Positions 9,219 through 18,816 of a stretch of DNA of 64,000 nt are shown here, piece by piece. The DNA is from a virus (taxonomy: Duplodnaviria; Heunggongvirae; Uroviricota; Caudoviricetes), in the IMG/VR virus record IMGVR_UViG_3300032329_000471, positions 1-64,000 of that record; one strand, 5' to 3'. Both the position numbers and the translations under genes were made by a program. Positions within the stretch are counted from its first letter, which is position 1. Every line of letters starts with the position of its first letter. The notes below the pieces were generated by a model, which was not told the DNA's origin, ran no database searches, and saw only the letters and a program-made list of their open reading frames with translations.

Positions 9219-9599
9219 CTATTTAACGGTTCTAAAATAAATGTTTTGAGGATATTCCCCATTAAAGACGTATTTTGTTACAGGACACAACCATATAACA
9301 AAACCATCAGATTCTCTTGTATAATAGGCTCCCATTTCTATAGGATGACCATATTCATTCAGTTCTTCAGCGTCCATTCCAAAACCGCTTATGATCATGT
9401 GATGTTCCCATCCTTCAAATGATTTATCAGAAAACTCTAATGTTACATTTTTACCATCTTCTGATAGTAAATCTAATAATTCATCAGCTCCGGCTACCAT
9501 TTGTAGATTACCTTTTTCAAATAAACCACTTTCAATAACACCTGAAAGATCTATAAACCATCCAGTTTCATCTTTGTAAAAACAATAAGTAAAAGTCAT
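9219..9599 (-). CDS. hypothetical protein (126 aa)
   Basis: ORF in the track. Confidence 0.55.
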   Translation of the reverse strand: MTFTYCFYKDETGWFIDLSGVIESGLFEKGNLQMVAGADELLDLLSEDGKNVTLEFSDKSFEGWEHHMIISGFGMDAEELNEYGHPIEMGAYYTRESDGFVIWLCPVTKYVFNGEYPQNIYFRTVK

Positions 9600-9613
9600 A
9601 ATTAAATATTTGT

Positions 9614-9832
9614 TTACGGGAATAATTTTTTAAATATACGTTTAACATACCATGTAGTATAAAACATATAAGACACCAACCATACTAAAAAAATAATAAC
9701 ACCTATTATATTAAAAATAGTGTTAGCTAAATTTAAAAGATAAAAAATTAATTTAAAAGTATAAAAAGTAGTAATTGCTAAAACTATTAGTTCAAGTAAT
9801 CTTTTTATAAAATAGATATACATTTTTTTCAT
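9614..9832 (-). CDS. small membrane protein (72 aa)
   Basis: Two hydrophobic segments. Confidence 0.5.
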   Translation of the reverse strand: MKKMYIYFIKRLLELIVLAITTFYTFKLIFYLLNLANTIFNIIGVIIFLVWLVSYMFYTTWYVKRIFKKLFP

Positions 9833-9841
9833 ATGTTTTAT

Positions 9842-10162
9842 TTAAAATTCACCAATGATTATTTCTTGTTTAAAAGTTCCTTCATAAGGAGAACCATCTT
9901 TAATTTTTATAAACTGTAAAAGAATATAAAACTCAGCAAAAATATCATATTCTATTTTTTTACCAAAACTTTTGTCTAAAACATAACCATTACCATCATC
10001 TACTATACTCATTATTTTTTCTCCACGAACATGTTCACTCCATGTTTCACAATAACTTCTATGAAGTGAATATTCAACACCTTCATCTTTTTCGTTTACT
10101 TTTATTATGTATTCATTAGTGTTTTTTGAATTCTTACTACTTACGTAATATACATTTTTCAT
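9842..10162 (-). CDS. hypothetical protein (106 aa)
   Basis: ORF in the track. Confidence 0.55.
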   Translation of the reverse strand: MKNVYYVSSKNSKNTNEYIIKVNEKDEGVEYSLHRSYCETWSEHVRGEKIMSIVDDGNGYVLDKSFGKKIEYDIFAEFYILLQFIKIKDGSPYEGTFKQEIIIGEF

Positions 10163-10472
10163 ATAAAATAATTTAATAATTAAAAAAAACGTTTATCTTG
10201 AGGATAATATTTCTAAGTGTTTAGGAAAATGTGGAGTTTCACTTACTCATGCTTAAAAGTAAAGATTTTCAGGTACTAGTCGAAGAACCACCAAGTTAAT
10301 ACTATATTAGCTCTCAAGATCAAACGTATAAGATAAACTTTATGGAAGCACTGGAAAGATATGATGATATCTTTTCGGAATGCGATATTCCTAATCAGTT
10401 CTTGGCCTACTGTTTACACTTCTTTCCCCAAACGCCCAGATCATTTGGGTTCCAGATCATAAAGTTTGTTCT

Positions 10473-10492
10473 GAGGCGGGGTGCCTCTTTTT
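10473..10492 (+). terminator. terminator-like hairpin plus T-run on the plus strand
   Basis: GAGGC-GGGGT-GCCTC followed by TTTTT; it lies inside a 487-bp non-coding gap in a minus-strand gene block. Confidence 0.35.
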
Positions 10493-10649
10493 AGTTTACA
10501 AGCGATATAAATCCTCATAATAGTATCAAAGAGTACACACCCCCTCAGAACGAGAATAAGTTTAGTCATACGGTGGGGACAAAATAAAATAGTTAGCAAA
10601 TTAATATTTCTAGTATTATTATTTCTCTACACCCACCGTATAACGAGAA

Positions 10650-10931
10650 TTATTTAAGAAGCTCTGTAATATGTGTTTTACCATAACCACGAGCTATTCT
10701 TTTGATATATCCTTTACTTTCCAAAATACTTAAACATCTTTTTACTGTAGCTTGTGATACACCACACTCATTAGATATTCTAGATACACTCACTATTGTT
10801 TCATTTGTATAATTATCTACATATGTACATAAATAAGCGTAAATAGCTTTTTCTTTTAAAGAAAGAGTTGGATCTCTGATTACAGTATTTGACACTTGTC
10901 CAAATCCATTTGTTAAACGTGAATTTGTCAT
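10650..10931 (-). CDS. helix-turn-helix DNA-binding protein (winged-helix regulator)
   Basis: HTH-like segment ISNECGVSQATVKRCLSILESKGYIKR. Confidence 0.6.
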   Translation of the reverse strand: MTNSRLTNGFGQVSNTVIRDPTLSLKEKAIYAYLCTYVDNYTNETIVSVSRISNECGVSQATVKRCLSILESKGYIKRIARGYGKTHITELLK

Positions 10932-10937
10932 ACAAGT

Positions 10938-11588
10938 TTATAATTCTGGATCTTGGTAAGCTGTTTTTATTATATCATTAACAAAAGTATCTTCTGGTAA
11001 CATTTGTCCTGTTACTATCTTATAATAAGTAGGAAAATGATAGTTTGCTTTCTTTACAGCTGGGATACAAACATCCACTATAAAATCAATATTACCAAAT
11101 TTTTTATTCTCAAAATCAATATATGATTCTTCTTCATTTTTTTCATCTGAGTTAAAACTTTTTGTAAACTTAGTAATACTTTTTTTAAGTTTATAAAGTT
11201 CTTTCCCTTTTTTAACATCATCTATCATTTCTTCAGATACATTTTCAAGATCTACTTCTTTTAAAACATACTGTAACATAGCGTCTTTAGCTATCTCATG
11301 AACCTTTAAAAAATTAAGTAGTCCCCATTCATAATCTGCTTCAGTTTGTGTTAATAAAAAAAACTTCTGCATATCACCTGTAAGCGTTGTTAATTCTAGT
11401 GGTGCCTCATCATTATTCATAGGTATTGATAATCCATAAATATCAAATATTCGTAGAGTATTACTAAAATGACTAAATAAGATCATATGTCTTACTCTCA
11501 TACAATCTAATCGACTTATTCCAAAACTTTCGTTGAAATATTCTTTACTGTGATCTACAGTACATGTAGCAAAATAACCTTTTGTCAT
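10938..11588 (-). CDS. hypothetical protein (216 aa)
   Basis: ORF in the track. Confidence 0.6.
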   Translation of the reverse strand: MTKGYFATCTVDHSKEYFNESFGISRLDCMRVRHMILFSHFSNTLRIFDIYGLSIPMNNDEAPLELTTLTGDMQKFFLLTQTEADYEWGLLNFLKVHEIAKDAMLQYVLKEVDLENVSEEMIDDVKKGKELYKLKKSITKFTKSFNSDEKNEEESYIDFENKKFGNIDFIVDVCIPAVKKANYHFPTYYKIVTGQMLPEDTFVNDIIKTAYQDPEL

Positions 11589-12141
11589 AACTTTTAATAT
11601 TATTTTAAATTGTGAAAAAAAAATAATAGGTTTAACCCACCTATCGTAGAAAGTAAACTTCAGGGAATGTCTTTACATCTTTAACCCATGGTTCATGACG
11701 CCTTACTTATAGACACTGGGTAGCATCTAGACACTCCGTATCTCTGTTGTTTCAGAGGCGGAATGAATATTTTTAATGTTTAAAATGTTGTTAATCTCGG
11801 TCTTAGCGTTTTATGGATATGTTTAGCCCAATCATTAAAGTCGGGTGTTTCAACTGGTTTAGTAGTTGATTTTAGTTTAATCTTTCCTGGAACAGGAAGA
11901 TCACTTTCTTTTTTTAAGTTGTTACGTCTAAATTTAAACTTCATTGTTAGATGTTTTTTATAAATGAAAGAATAATTAGGGCTTCTTCATAGTTACGAGC
12001 CCATATTTTATAATCTTCTATGATGTAAAGTATTTTTTCATCATCAGAAGTATCAGATTGATTATGACACATTTGTTAAATTTTAAATAAAAAGGAGCCG
12101 AGTAGAAACCCAGCTCCGTATTATTGCTTGTTATGAAAAAG

Positions 12142-12223
12142 AATCTCTAGTAGGATTTGAACCTACGACCTTTAGTTTGTTGCTTTCGCCCACTAACACG
12201 CTACCGGACTGCGCCATAGAGAT
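12142..12223 (-). ncRNA. tRNA-like element with an 8-nt insertion in the anticodon loop (82 nt)
   Basis: Acceptor ATCTCTA/TAGAGAT, D arm GCGC-AGTCCGGTA-GCGT, T arm GTAGG-TTCAAAT-CCTAC, anticodon stem TTAGT/ACTAA enclosing a 15-nt loop GGGCGAAAGCAACAA that contains the mini-hairpin GC-GAAA-GC. Confidence 0.45.
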
Positions 12224-12231
12224 CACCATTA

Positions 12232-12963
12232 TTAAATACTTAATCCAAGATTATCAAGTATTTTAGCTCGAAGTTTACCTCCAGCCGCGTTCTGAATCAA
12301 CTTTTTGTTCATTTTTACACGCATATCTTTCAATACGCTGTTGTAGTTAATATTTACATTTTTGTATTTAGCTACTATTTCATTACACATATTATTACTT
12401 TTGGCAATCTTATCTAATATAGCTTTACTATCAAAAGTGTGAGTCATAGAAACTGTTACTTTGTACATAGTTTCTATAGACATATCATCTACAACAGTGG
12501 TAACTTTGAAACAAACATCAGCTTGAAGATCAAATGTACCAGTGTTAAATACTTTTCTACTACAATCCCGAAATGTACTACTAATTGATTCATTACTACG
12601 ATATTCTTCTTTTATTACTTTATATATCATATGTGATTCCCATATCTCATTATTAGTAATATAAGAAGCATGAAAATTATAAAGATTTTCTTTACTAACT
12701 TTAATTTTAACTTTTTTAAGTTTGTCAACAGCAATATTTATAAACGCTGCTTTAAATTCTTCTCTTTCATTATCTAATTCATCAATAATATCTTTAACAA
12801 AATTATTGACATCTGTTATTTCTTTATCAATAACAGCTAAACGTTCTGATACCAATACTTCTAAAAGATCATTCTGGGTAAGCTGGGTTTTTATACCCGA
12901 TTCATTAAGATCATCTTGATCTAAATCAACTACTTTTTGTAAACTTTTTGTACTTTTCGCCAT
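12232..12963 (-). CDS. hypothetical protein (243 aa)
   Basis: ORF in the track. Confidence 0.6.
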   Translation of the reverse strand: MAKSTKSLQKVVDLDQDDLNESGIKTQLTQNDLLEVLVSERLAVIDKEITDVNNFVKDIIDELDNEREEFKAAFINIAVDKLKKVKIKVSKENLYNFHASYITNNEIWESHMIYKVIKEEYRSNESISSTFRDCSRKVFNTGTFDLQADVCFKVTTVVDDMSIETMYKVTVSMTHTFDSKAILDKIAKSNNMCNEIVAKYKNVNINYNSVLKDMRVKMNKKLIQNAAGGKLRAKILDNLGLSI

Positions 12964-12973
12964 TTTTTATGTT

Positions 12974-13540
12974 TTAACGATTAATGAATCTGATACACGC
13001 TAGATGCATCTTAGGTTTGATTATGATAATAGATTCTTCTTCTATGTCTTCATCTTCAAAATCTTCTACAAAGTCCATGAGAATCTCATTAATGTCAATG
13101 TTAGCTGAATCAGTATCTATCCAACCAAACTTACATTGCCAATCAGATGTAATACCGGTATTTAGTAAAGTAATTTTACCATCTTGGCCAGGTTCTACAA
13201 TAGATACTTCAACACCGTCATCTACATTGTTAACAATTAGTATTCTAAGTTCTGGATCTTTTACATCAAGTTTAAGAAGATCATTATAAAAAATATTAAC
13301 TATCTCAAACTGTCCTCTACCAACATTAATACCAGCACAATAGTTTGGCGTATCTGGTGGAATCACTACTAAGAAATCACAATCTAACAATTGTTTCTTG
13401 GACTCATCTGTCCAAGGAATTAAAGGGTGGACTATTTCCACCCTTTTTCCAAAAGCTGTTTTTAAAAATTCTGATATCTTATGTGGTAGAGATTTATCAC
13501 CAGACATTGATCCGCTGATATAAACCTTTAACGCTCCCAT
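12974..13540 (-). CDS. hypothetical protein (188 aa); N-terminus resembles a nucleoside 2-deoxyribosyltransferase-like Rossmann fold (weak)
   Basis: N-terminal KVYISGSMSGD motif and an acidic C-terminal tail; fold assignment is inference only. Confidence 0.5.
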   Translation of the reverse strand: MGALKVYISGSMSGDKSLPHKISEFLKTAFGKRVEIVHPLIPWTDESKKQLLDCDFLVVIPPDTPNYCAGINVGRGQFEIVNIFYNDLLKLDVKDPELRILIVNNVDDGVEVSIVEPGQDGKITLLNTGITSDWQCKFGWIDTDSANIDINEILMDFVEDFEDEDIEEESIIIIKPKMHLACIRFINR

Positions 13541-13542
13541 AA

Positions 13543-13977
13543 TTATTCAGTTTCTGTTGTAGAATTATTTTTCTTACGAGAAGAAGCTGTCGATTTGACA
13601 GGTTTTTCTACTGGAGTAAACCATTGATCATACAAAGCTTCAGTAGCTTCAAGCTCAACATCAATGTTAAGAAGCTCCAGCTCTATTTCACTCATACGTT
13701 TAGCCCATTTAGCTCCATCAAAGTTATCACCGGCAAAGATTAAACTTGTGGTGTTACGAGGAGAAAGATCACTTAGATTTTCTCTTTCTAACATAAGTTT
13801 ATCTTGACGATCAATAATACTGTCAATAATCTTACGTAACTCTCTTTCAGCAGATGATCTAGCTACCCGAGCTCTGTCACCTTTTATTGCTTCATTACCT
13901 TTTGTAAGGTTTAACGTGAAGTTATCATGTAATGATTCTTCATTTTGTCTACTTCTTCTTCTTGAAGTTGTACTCAT
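13543..13977 (-). CDS. hypothetical protein (144 aa)
   Basis: ORF in the track. Confidence 0.55.
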   Translation of the reverse strand: MSTTSRRRSRQNEESLHDNFTLNLTKGNEAIKGDRARVARSSAERELRKIIDSIIDRQDKLMLERENLSDLSPRNTTSLIFAGDNFDGAKWAKRMSEIELELLNIDVELEATEALYDQWFTPVEKPVKSTASSRKKNNSTTETE

Positions 13978-14004
13978 TTTGTTTATTTTTTAGTGTGAAA
14001 AAAA

Positions 14005-14757
14005 CTAATTTGCGGTAGGTAAAAACATATTCAATATGCTTTGATGACCTTTAGGAAGAGTTGATGCTTTAATCACATCTCCATTACTTTTTGTGATGAT
14101 AAAATCACAATTTTCAAAATCAACATCTATTTTATCAAACTCTAAAAAAGATGTATCAAAAACTAACAAACGATCTTTTGATTCTTTAGATAAATGAATA
14201 GGTATTTTGGTTATAATACCTTCTATGTATATAATGTCATACAACTTAAACAATGATTTAAGTTTGAGAAGTAATTCTTCACTTAAAGCGTGTGTCGGCT
14301 GACAAGATTCTTTTAGATTCTTTCTCATTTTTAGATACATACTTATAGCATTAAAAGTTCTCATATGAGAGCTCATATATATAACCGGAGCAACATCAGT
14401 GATAATAGATAAATCAGTATGTTCTACTTTAATAACATCACCTTTTACAAAAGTGATACGAATAGAAACATAGCCCCATTCACCTTCTATTACACCATTG
14501 ATGTTTTGATCATCAAAAGAACTATCCCATATATCCTGAGCTAATGTTCTTTTTACTGGATCAGATATATCTTTTCCGCTCATAAAAAGACTACCTAAAA
14601 GTGTTTGTATACAGAATAAATTTATCATTATAAATGATTTACCACTACCGTTAGCTCCTATATATACAGTTATTTTGTTTTGAGTTAGTGTTAATTTATC
14701 AAGTTTGATTGGTTCATCTATATCAAAATATATAGATTTAATAGAGCTTATATTCAT
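14005..14757 (-). CDS. P-loop NTPase (RecF/SMC-N-like N-terminus)
   Basis: Walker A ITVYIGANGSGKSF near the N-terminus; possible Walker B LLVFD. Confidence 0.6.
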   Translation of the reverse strand: MNISSIKSIYFDIDEPIKLDKLTLTQNKITVYIGANGSGKSFIMINLFCIQTLLGSLFMSGKDISDPVKRTLAQDIWDSSFDDQNINGVIEGEWGYVSIRITFVKGDVIKVEHTDLSIITDVAPVIYMSSHMRTFNAISMYLKMRKNLKESCQPTHALSEELLLKLKSLFKLYDIIYIEGIITKIPIHLSKESKDRLLVFDTSFLEFDKIDVDFENCDFIITKSNGDVIKASTLPKGHQSILNMFLPTAN

Positions 14758-15356
14758 GATATAATTTTATCTTTTTTTAATTGTACAAAAACATTTGGAA
14801 ACTTTTCTTCCATGATCTTTTTCTGTTCTTCATCAGATATTAACCATATGTTATAAATAAACTTTTTGTCCGGGACATAAATAGGTTCATATTTCTTTAT
14901 TTTAGCAATATCATATAATGAACCTATTTCTTTTGATGGGTTTACACCTAATATAGCGTAAGTGACTCTAAAATAACCTTCAACAACAATATAAGATCCA
15001 TTATAATAAAGAAATGGTTGTTGTATTTCTTTAGCTAAAGTCCATTGATCTGTTATACCATCATATGGTTTAATACTTACTATTTCATCAGTGGTAACAA
15101 TACATTTATCATATTGTGCAAAATCATTAGTATCTGTGTAAAGTATTACATCACTAATATCAAAAAAATCTCCAGTAGGAGAGATTGACATCTCTACACT
15201 AAAACAATGATAATTAGAATGTTTATGTATTCCAGTATAATAAAGAAAATCTTGATTATTACGTAAAGCCTGTTTCCATTCAAGAGAATTAATTAAACTC
15301 ATACCTCCTATTGTTTTTCTTATAGGTTTATATTTTTTACCAATTATTAGTTCCAT
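14754..15356 (-). CDS. hypothetical protein (200 aa)
   Basis: ORF; 4-nt overlap with the NTPase gene. Confidence 0.6.
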   Translation of the reverse strand: MELIIGKKYKPIRKTIGGMSLINSLEWKQALRNNQDFLYYTGIHKHSNYHCFSVEMSISPTGDFFDISDVILYTDTNDFAQYDKCIVTTDEIVSIKPYDGITDQWTLAKEIQQPFLYYNGSYIVVEGYFRVTYAILGVNPSKEIGSLYDIAKIKKYEPIYVPDKKFIYNIWLISDEEQKKIMEEKFPNVFVQLKKDKIIS

Positions 15357-15664
15357 AATACATATTTTTTGTGTTTACAGTGGGATCAAATTTGAGCTCT
15401 AATCATACTCAATATATAAATACTTATTGAGTATGACATAGGGCTCAAATATGAGCTCAATGAAGAAGACCCTTTGGCCTAAGCCTCCGGGTCTCTCTCT
15501 CACTTAATTATTTTAACAGTTTAACTACTGTTACTTCTGTTCCGTTATGGAACACTTTTTCTCCAGACTGGAGATTTAATGTTGTACCTAATGTGTACAT
15601 TGCTAAATTAATAACTACTAAATACCTTTTCATGTTTGAAAGTTTTAAAATGAAAGAATAAAAG

Positions 15665-15739
15665 CCGTTCTTATGGGAATCGAACCCATACCTTCGTGGT
15701 TAACCGCCCCGATATTCAGACCAACTAAACCAAAGAACA
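15665..15739 (-). ncRNA. tRNA-like element (75 nt), possibly a degenerate tRNA-Asn(GTT)
   Basis: T arm ATGGG-TTCGATT-CCCAT and acceptor TGTTCTT/AAGAACG (one G-U); anticodon region CGGGG-CGGTTAA-CCACG has one stem mismatch and G at position 33. Confidence 0.4.
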
Positions 15740-15782
15740 ACCGAGGGTTATTTTGATGATAATTCCCACAAAAACATCTATC

Positions 15783-16253
15783 TTAAGACTTAGCTACAAA
15801 ATTCTCTAATTTGGCTAAATAAGCCGCTTTTTTGTCGTCTATAGTCATAAACTCTTTAGATTCCTCAATGAGCTTATTTAACTCGTCCATTTCCTCCTTA
15901 TTTTGAATAATAGCTATTCTTAACTTAATGTCTTGTTTAAGTTCATCAGCTGTAACACCTTCTAGGTTCCAAGCTTTACACTTACTAACACCAAGTTCTA
16001 AACACGCAGCATCAAAAGCTTTTTCTCTACCAGTAATAGAAGCACACATAGAAATTAAGTTTTCAATACTTGTTTCTTCTTTAATAACTTTTGGAAATGG
16101 ATCAATTCGTCCATGAGTGATATACTTACTATCACTAATATTTTCAAAGCTTTTTTTCTTAGCTTTTAACACTTCAACGATATCGTTGATTGGAGTTTTT
16201 ACTGTTAAAGACATTTCTGTACTCGTTTGAGTAGTTTTGTTACTGTTTACCAT
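15783..16253 (-). CDS. hypothetical protein (156 aa)
   Basis: ORF in the track. Confidence 0.6.
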   Translation of the reverse strand: MVNSNKTTQTSTEMSLTVKTPINDIVEVLKAKKKSFENISDSKYITHGRIDPFPKVIKEETSIENLISMCASITGREKAFDAACLELGVSKCKAWNLEGVTADELKQDIKLRIAIIQNKEEMDELNKLIEESKEFMTIDDKKAAYLAKLENFVAKS

Positions 16254-16350
16254 AATTGTTCTTTTTTTTGTTTATTAAAATGTGAATTAAAAAATTGGAA
16301 AGTTAATTTGTTTACTGTCTTTTTTATAGCCCCAATCTCCTGGTTTAAAA

Positions 16351-16611
16351 TCAGAATACTTCATACACTATCTGTTTACTTGTTTTACAGTTGTCTTCTA
16401 CCGGTGGATTTTCATGAACTTTAGCCCAAAAATCATTACCTTCTGGACTATTAGTCCAGCCAAACCCATTCATAATAGCTAATTTTATACTATGTTGTAT
16501 ATTTTTAAGATTTCTACCATTGTAATAGTTTTTACAATTTTCTATAGCTTTACTCTTATATGGTTCTTTTAATGTATTAAACCATTCTTCTGTAGTTTTA
16601 TATTCTTTCAT
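16351..16611 (-). CDS. hypothetical protein with an EPYKS...SPEG-D-FW domain (86 aa)
   Basis: Shares a roughly 60-aa domain with 18255..18740; C-terminal SKQIVYEVF tail shared with the next two genes. Confidence 0.55.
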   Translation of the reverse strand: MKEYKTTEEWFNTLKEPYKSKAIENCKNYYNGRNLKNIQHSIKLAIMNGFGWTNSPEGNDFWAKVHENPPVEDNCKTSKQIVYEVF

Positions 16612-16613
16612 GA

Positions 16614-16832
16614 TTAAAAAGTTTGATATACAATTTGTTTAGAGGGTTTACTAATAACAGTCCATTTAGGTTTTTCTTTTCGGTTTAACCAGTATAATGC
16701 TACAGATACTCGAATAGACGTACTATTATTTAAAATTATTGTACTATCATCGTAAACTATTATGATAGTATATTCACTATCACCATTATTGAATGTAAAA
16801 CCGGGTACAAGATCTTCTTTAGTATACTGCAT
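16614..16832 (-). CDS. hypothetical protein (72 aa), tandem paralog
   Basis: C-terminal SKQIVYQTF tail. Confidence 0.5.
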   Translation of the reverse strand: MQYTKEDLVPGFTFNNGDSEYTIIIVYDDSTIILNNSTSIRVSVALYWLNRKEKPKWTVISKPSKQIVYQTF

Positions 16833-17109
16833 AATTAATTTGTTTAGAGCGTTTTACTAATACATAATTCTCTGGATTATAAGCATGTTCATCATTATCA
16901 AAGCTTAATAGTCCTAAATAAGGCATTGATATATTTTTTATTACGTTTATATCACCTACGTTATGATTACCAAAATGAGTTTTAATACGTTTTACTGTAT
17001 CACCAATTTTAAATTTATACATATAATAATTGTTTATTGTGTTAAAAAAAATGGAGGATGTAGAAACATCCTCCTTGTAAACTAAAACTTGCTTATTATG
17101 ACTTAGCAC
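16819..17109 (-). CDS. hypothetical protein (96 aa), tandem paralog
   Basis: C-terminal SKQINYAVY tail. Confidence 0.5.
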   Translation of the reverse strand: MLSHNKQVLVYKEDVSTSSIFFNTINNYYMYKFKIGDTVKRIKTHFGNHNVGDINVIKNISMPYLGLLSFDNDEHAYNPENYVLVKRSKQINYAVY

Positions 17110-17318
17110 CCTCTTGTCTTATTTGCTGTTTGTAATACCCTAATAAGGGACTAAATAAGAGTAGAGTCTAGCTGAGAACTCATTCGTATTGTAAAATGAT
17201 AATTCCTATATTTTCTTTTGGTACACCAATTCCTTTCTCAAGGGAACAATACGTATAACATCACTGTTATCATTTTTATGTACTTATGTACAAAGCAATC
17301 AATGTTTAAGCTATATTC

Positions 17319-17633
17319 TTAATGTGATCTCGGACCAACTGATCCTCTTGTTTTACCATCACGTCTTTTAGATGGTTTACTCTTTGTTCTACGCCACAAT
17401 AAAGCGTCAGCATAGTTTTTCTTTTGAACTACTCTAATCTTAGCTTTACGAGCTTTTTTCATTTCTCTCCACTTAGCTAAATCAGCGGTTGTAGGTGATT
17501 TACCAATAAGATGTTTTTCTTTACCATCAGCTGATAAACCAACAATAGCGGGTTGTAATAAACCCTTCTTTACCATGTTCTTGTAAGCTGTTTTACTTAC
17601 TCCGAACTTCTCTTTGTACGCTTGAGAATTCAT
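17319..17633 (-). CDS. hypothetical basic protein (104 aa)
   Basis: Lys/Arg-rich ORF. Confidence 0.55.
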   Translation of the reverse strand: MNSQAYKEKFGVSKTAYKNMVKKGLLQPAIVGLSADGKEKHLIGKSPTTADLAKWREMKKARKAKIRVVQKKNYADALLWRRTKSKPSKRRDGKTRGSVGPRSH

Positions 17634-17756
17634 GTTTTTTTGTTTTAAAATGAAAAAAAAGCGGATAGATGTATGCTACAGACGAACTTATTTAAACAGT
17701 GTATTCTCCCATAGCCACTAGTCTATGATTTGTATAGTACATCCTATCCTATAAGT

Positions 17757-18041
17757 TTATTTTTCTAATGATTTTACAACATTAGTTATTAGATATTCTA
17801 CTTGAAAATCATCTAATGTATTATATATATCTTCTGAATAATAAGACACATCATTAACAACTGTATAATAATACACTTTATTAATAACTACACTATCATC
17901 AGATAATATATAAAACACAACAAACAAGTTGTCAATTCTAATATTACCTTTTTTTATAATATCATCTTTTTTAGAAGATTCTAACATAATTAACACTACT
18001 GTTATTACAGTAAGAAAACAACAAATAATAATCCAAAACAT
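17757..18041 (-). CDS. membrane-anchored hypothetical protein (94 aa)
   Basis: N-terminal TM helix MFWIIICCFLTVITVVLIML. Confidence 0.5.
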   Translation of the reverse strand: MFWIIICCFLTVITVVLIMLESSKKDDIIKKGNIRIDNLFVVFYILSDDSVVINKVYYYTVVNDVSYYSEDIYNTLDDFQVEYLITNVVKSLEK

Positions 18042-18063
18042 ATGGCAAACGTTTTAAAAATTG

Positions 18064-18252
18064 TTAACGATCTAGTGTATAGTATCTTGTTTGAACAATA
18101 TGATTTTTATATCTTTTAGGTATAGATAATTCATCTAGTTCTGAAACTTTTTCTACGCGCCCGGGTGAAAAAAAATAGTTTTTTTGTTCTTCTTCTGGTA
18201 CAAGAACAGTAATATCAACATCCTGATACTGTTCTTCTGTTTCATATTTCAT
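18064..18252 (-). CDS. hypothetical protein (62 aa)
   Basis: ORF in the track. Confidence 0.45.
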   Translation of the reverse strand: MKYETEEQYQDVDITVLVPEEEQKNYFFSPGRVEKVSELDELSIPKRYKNHIVQTRYYTLDR

Positions 18253-18254
18253 TT

Positions 18255-18740
18255 TTAATTAATTTTCTTTTGTAAATAAAATAAATATTCTTCTTTAATG
18301 TACATTTCAACTAAGTTGTTAGAATATATATCTTTATATATCTTAGACCAATAATCTGTACCTTCTTTTGATAGATTCCAATCAATCTGATCAATAGCTT
18401 CAAGTAATGAAGAAACAAGTTTATCATGTACATGTTTTGTATAAGATAACGCTTGAATACGATAAGGTTCATTAAGACTGTTTAAAAAATCTTTTACAGA
18501 TGTAAATGTTTTAGTCGTCATGTATGTATCTGTTTTACCTTTTTGAATATCATCATTAATATAAGCCCAATAATCGTGACCTTCTGGTGATTTACTCCAA
18601 TTAAACAAACTACCAAAATTTATATATAATCCTTTAAGTTGTTCTTCATCAATGTTTTTTAACAACTGACTTTTATATGGTTCTTTAAACCATTTATTTA
18701 TATAATCTTCTCCTGATAAAGATTTTATATCATTATTCAT
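18255..18740 (-). CDS. hypothetical protein with two copies of the EPYKS...SPEG-DYW domain
   Basis: Internal repeat: KEPYKSQ...NWSKSPEGHDYWAYIND and NEPYRIQ...NLSKEGTDYWSKIYKD. Confidence 0.6.
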   Translation of the reverse strand: MNNDIKSLSGEDYINKWFKEPYKSQLLKNIDEEQLKGLYINFGSLFNWSKSPEGHDYWAYINDDIQKGKTDTYMTTKTFTSVKDFLNSLNEPYRIQALSYTKHVHDKLVSSLLEAIDQIDWNLSKEGTDYWSKIYKDIYSNNLVEMYIKEEYLFYLQKKIN

Positions 18741-18816
18741 AACAAATAATTTGGGGCGTGGTAAAAAACTCTCTACATTTCTTATATAAGAAACATAGAG
18801 AGAATCTTAATACTCC

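Noticed and set aside
9210-9422. Plus-strand ORF
   Set aside because: Antisense to 9219..9599.
12722-13289. Plus-strand ORFs 12722..12919 and 12984..13289
   Set aside because: Antisense shadows with Ser/Leu-rich low-complexity translations inside the leftward genes.
15928-16424. Plus-strand ORFs 15928..16116 and 16227..16424
   Set aside because: Antisense to leftward genes or spanning intergenic sequence. No support.
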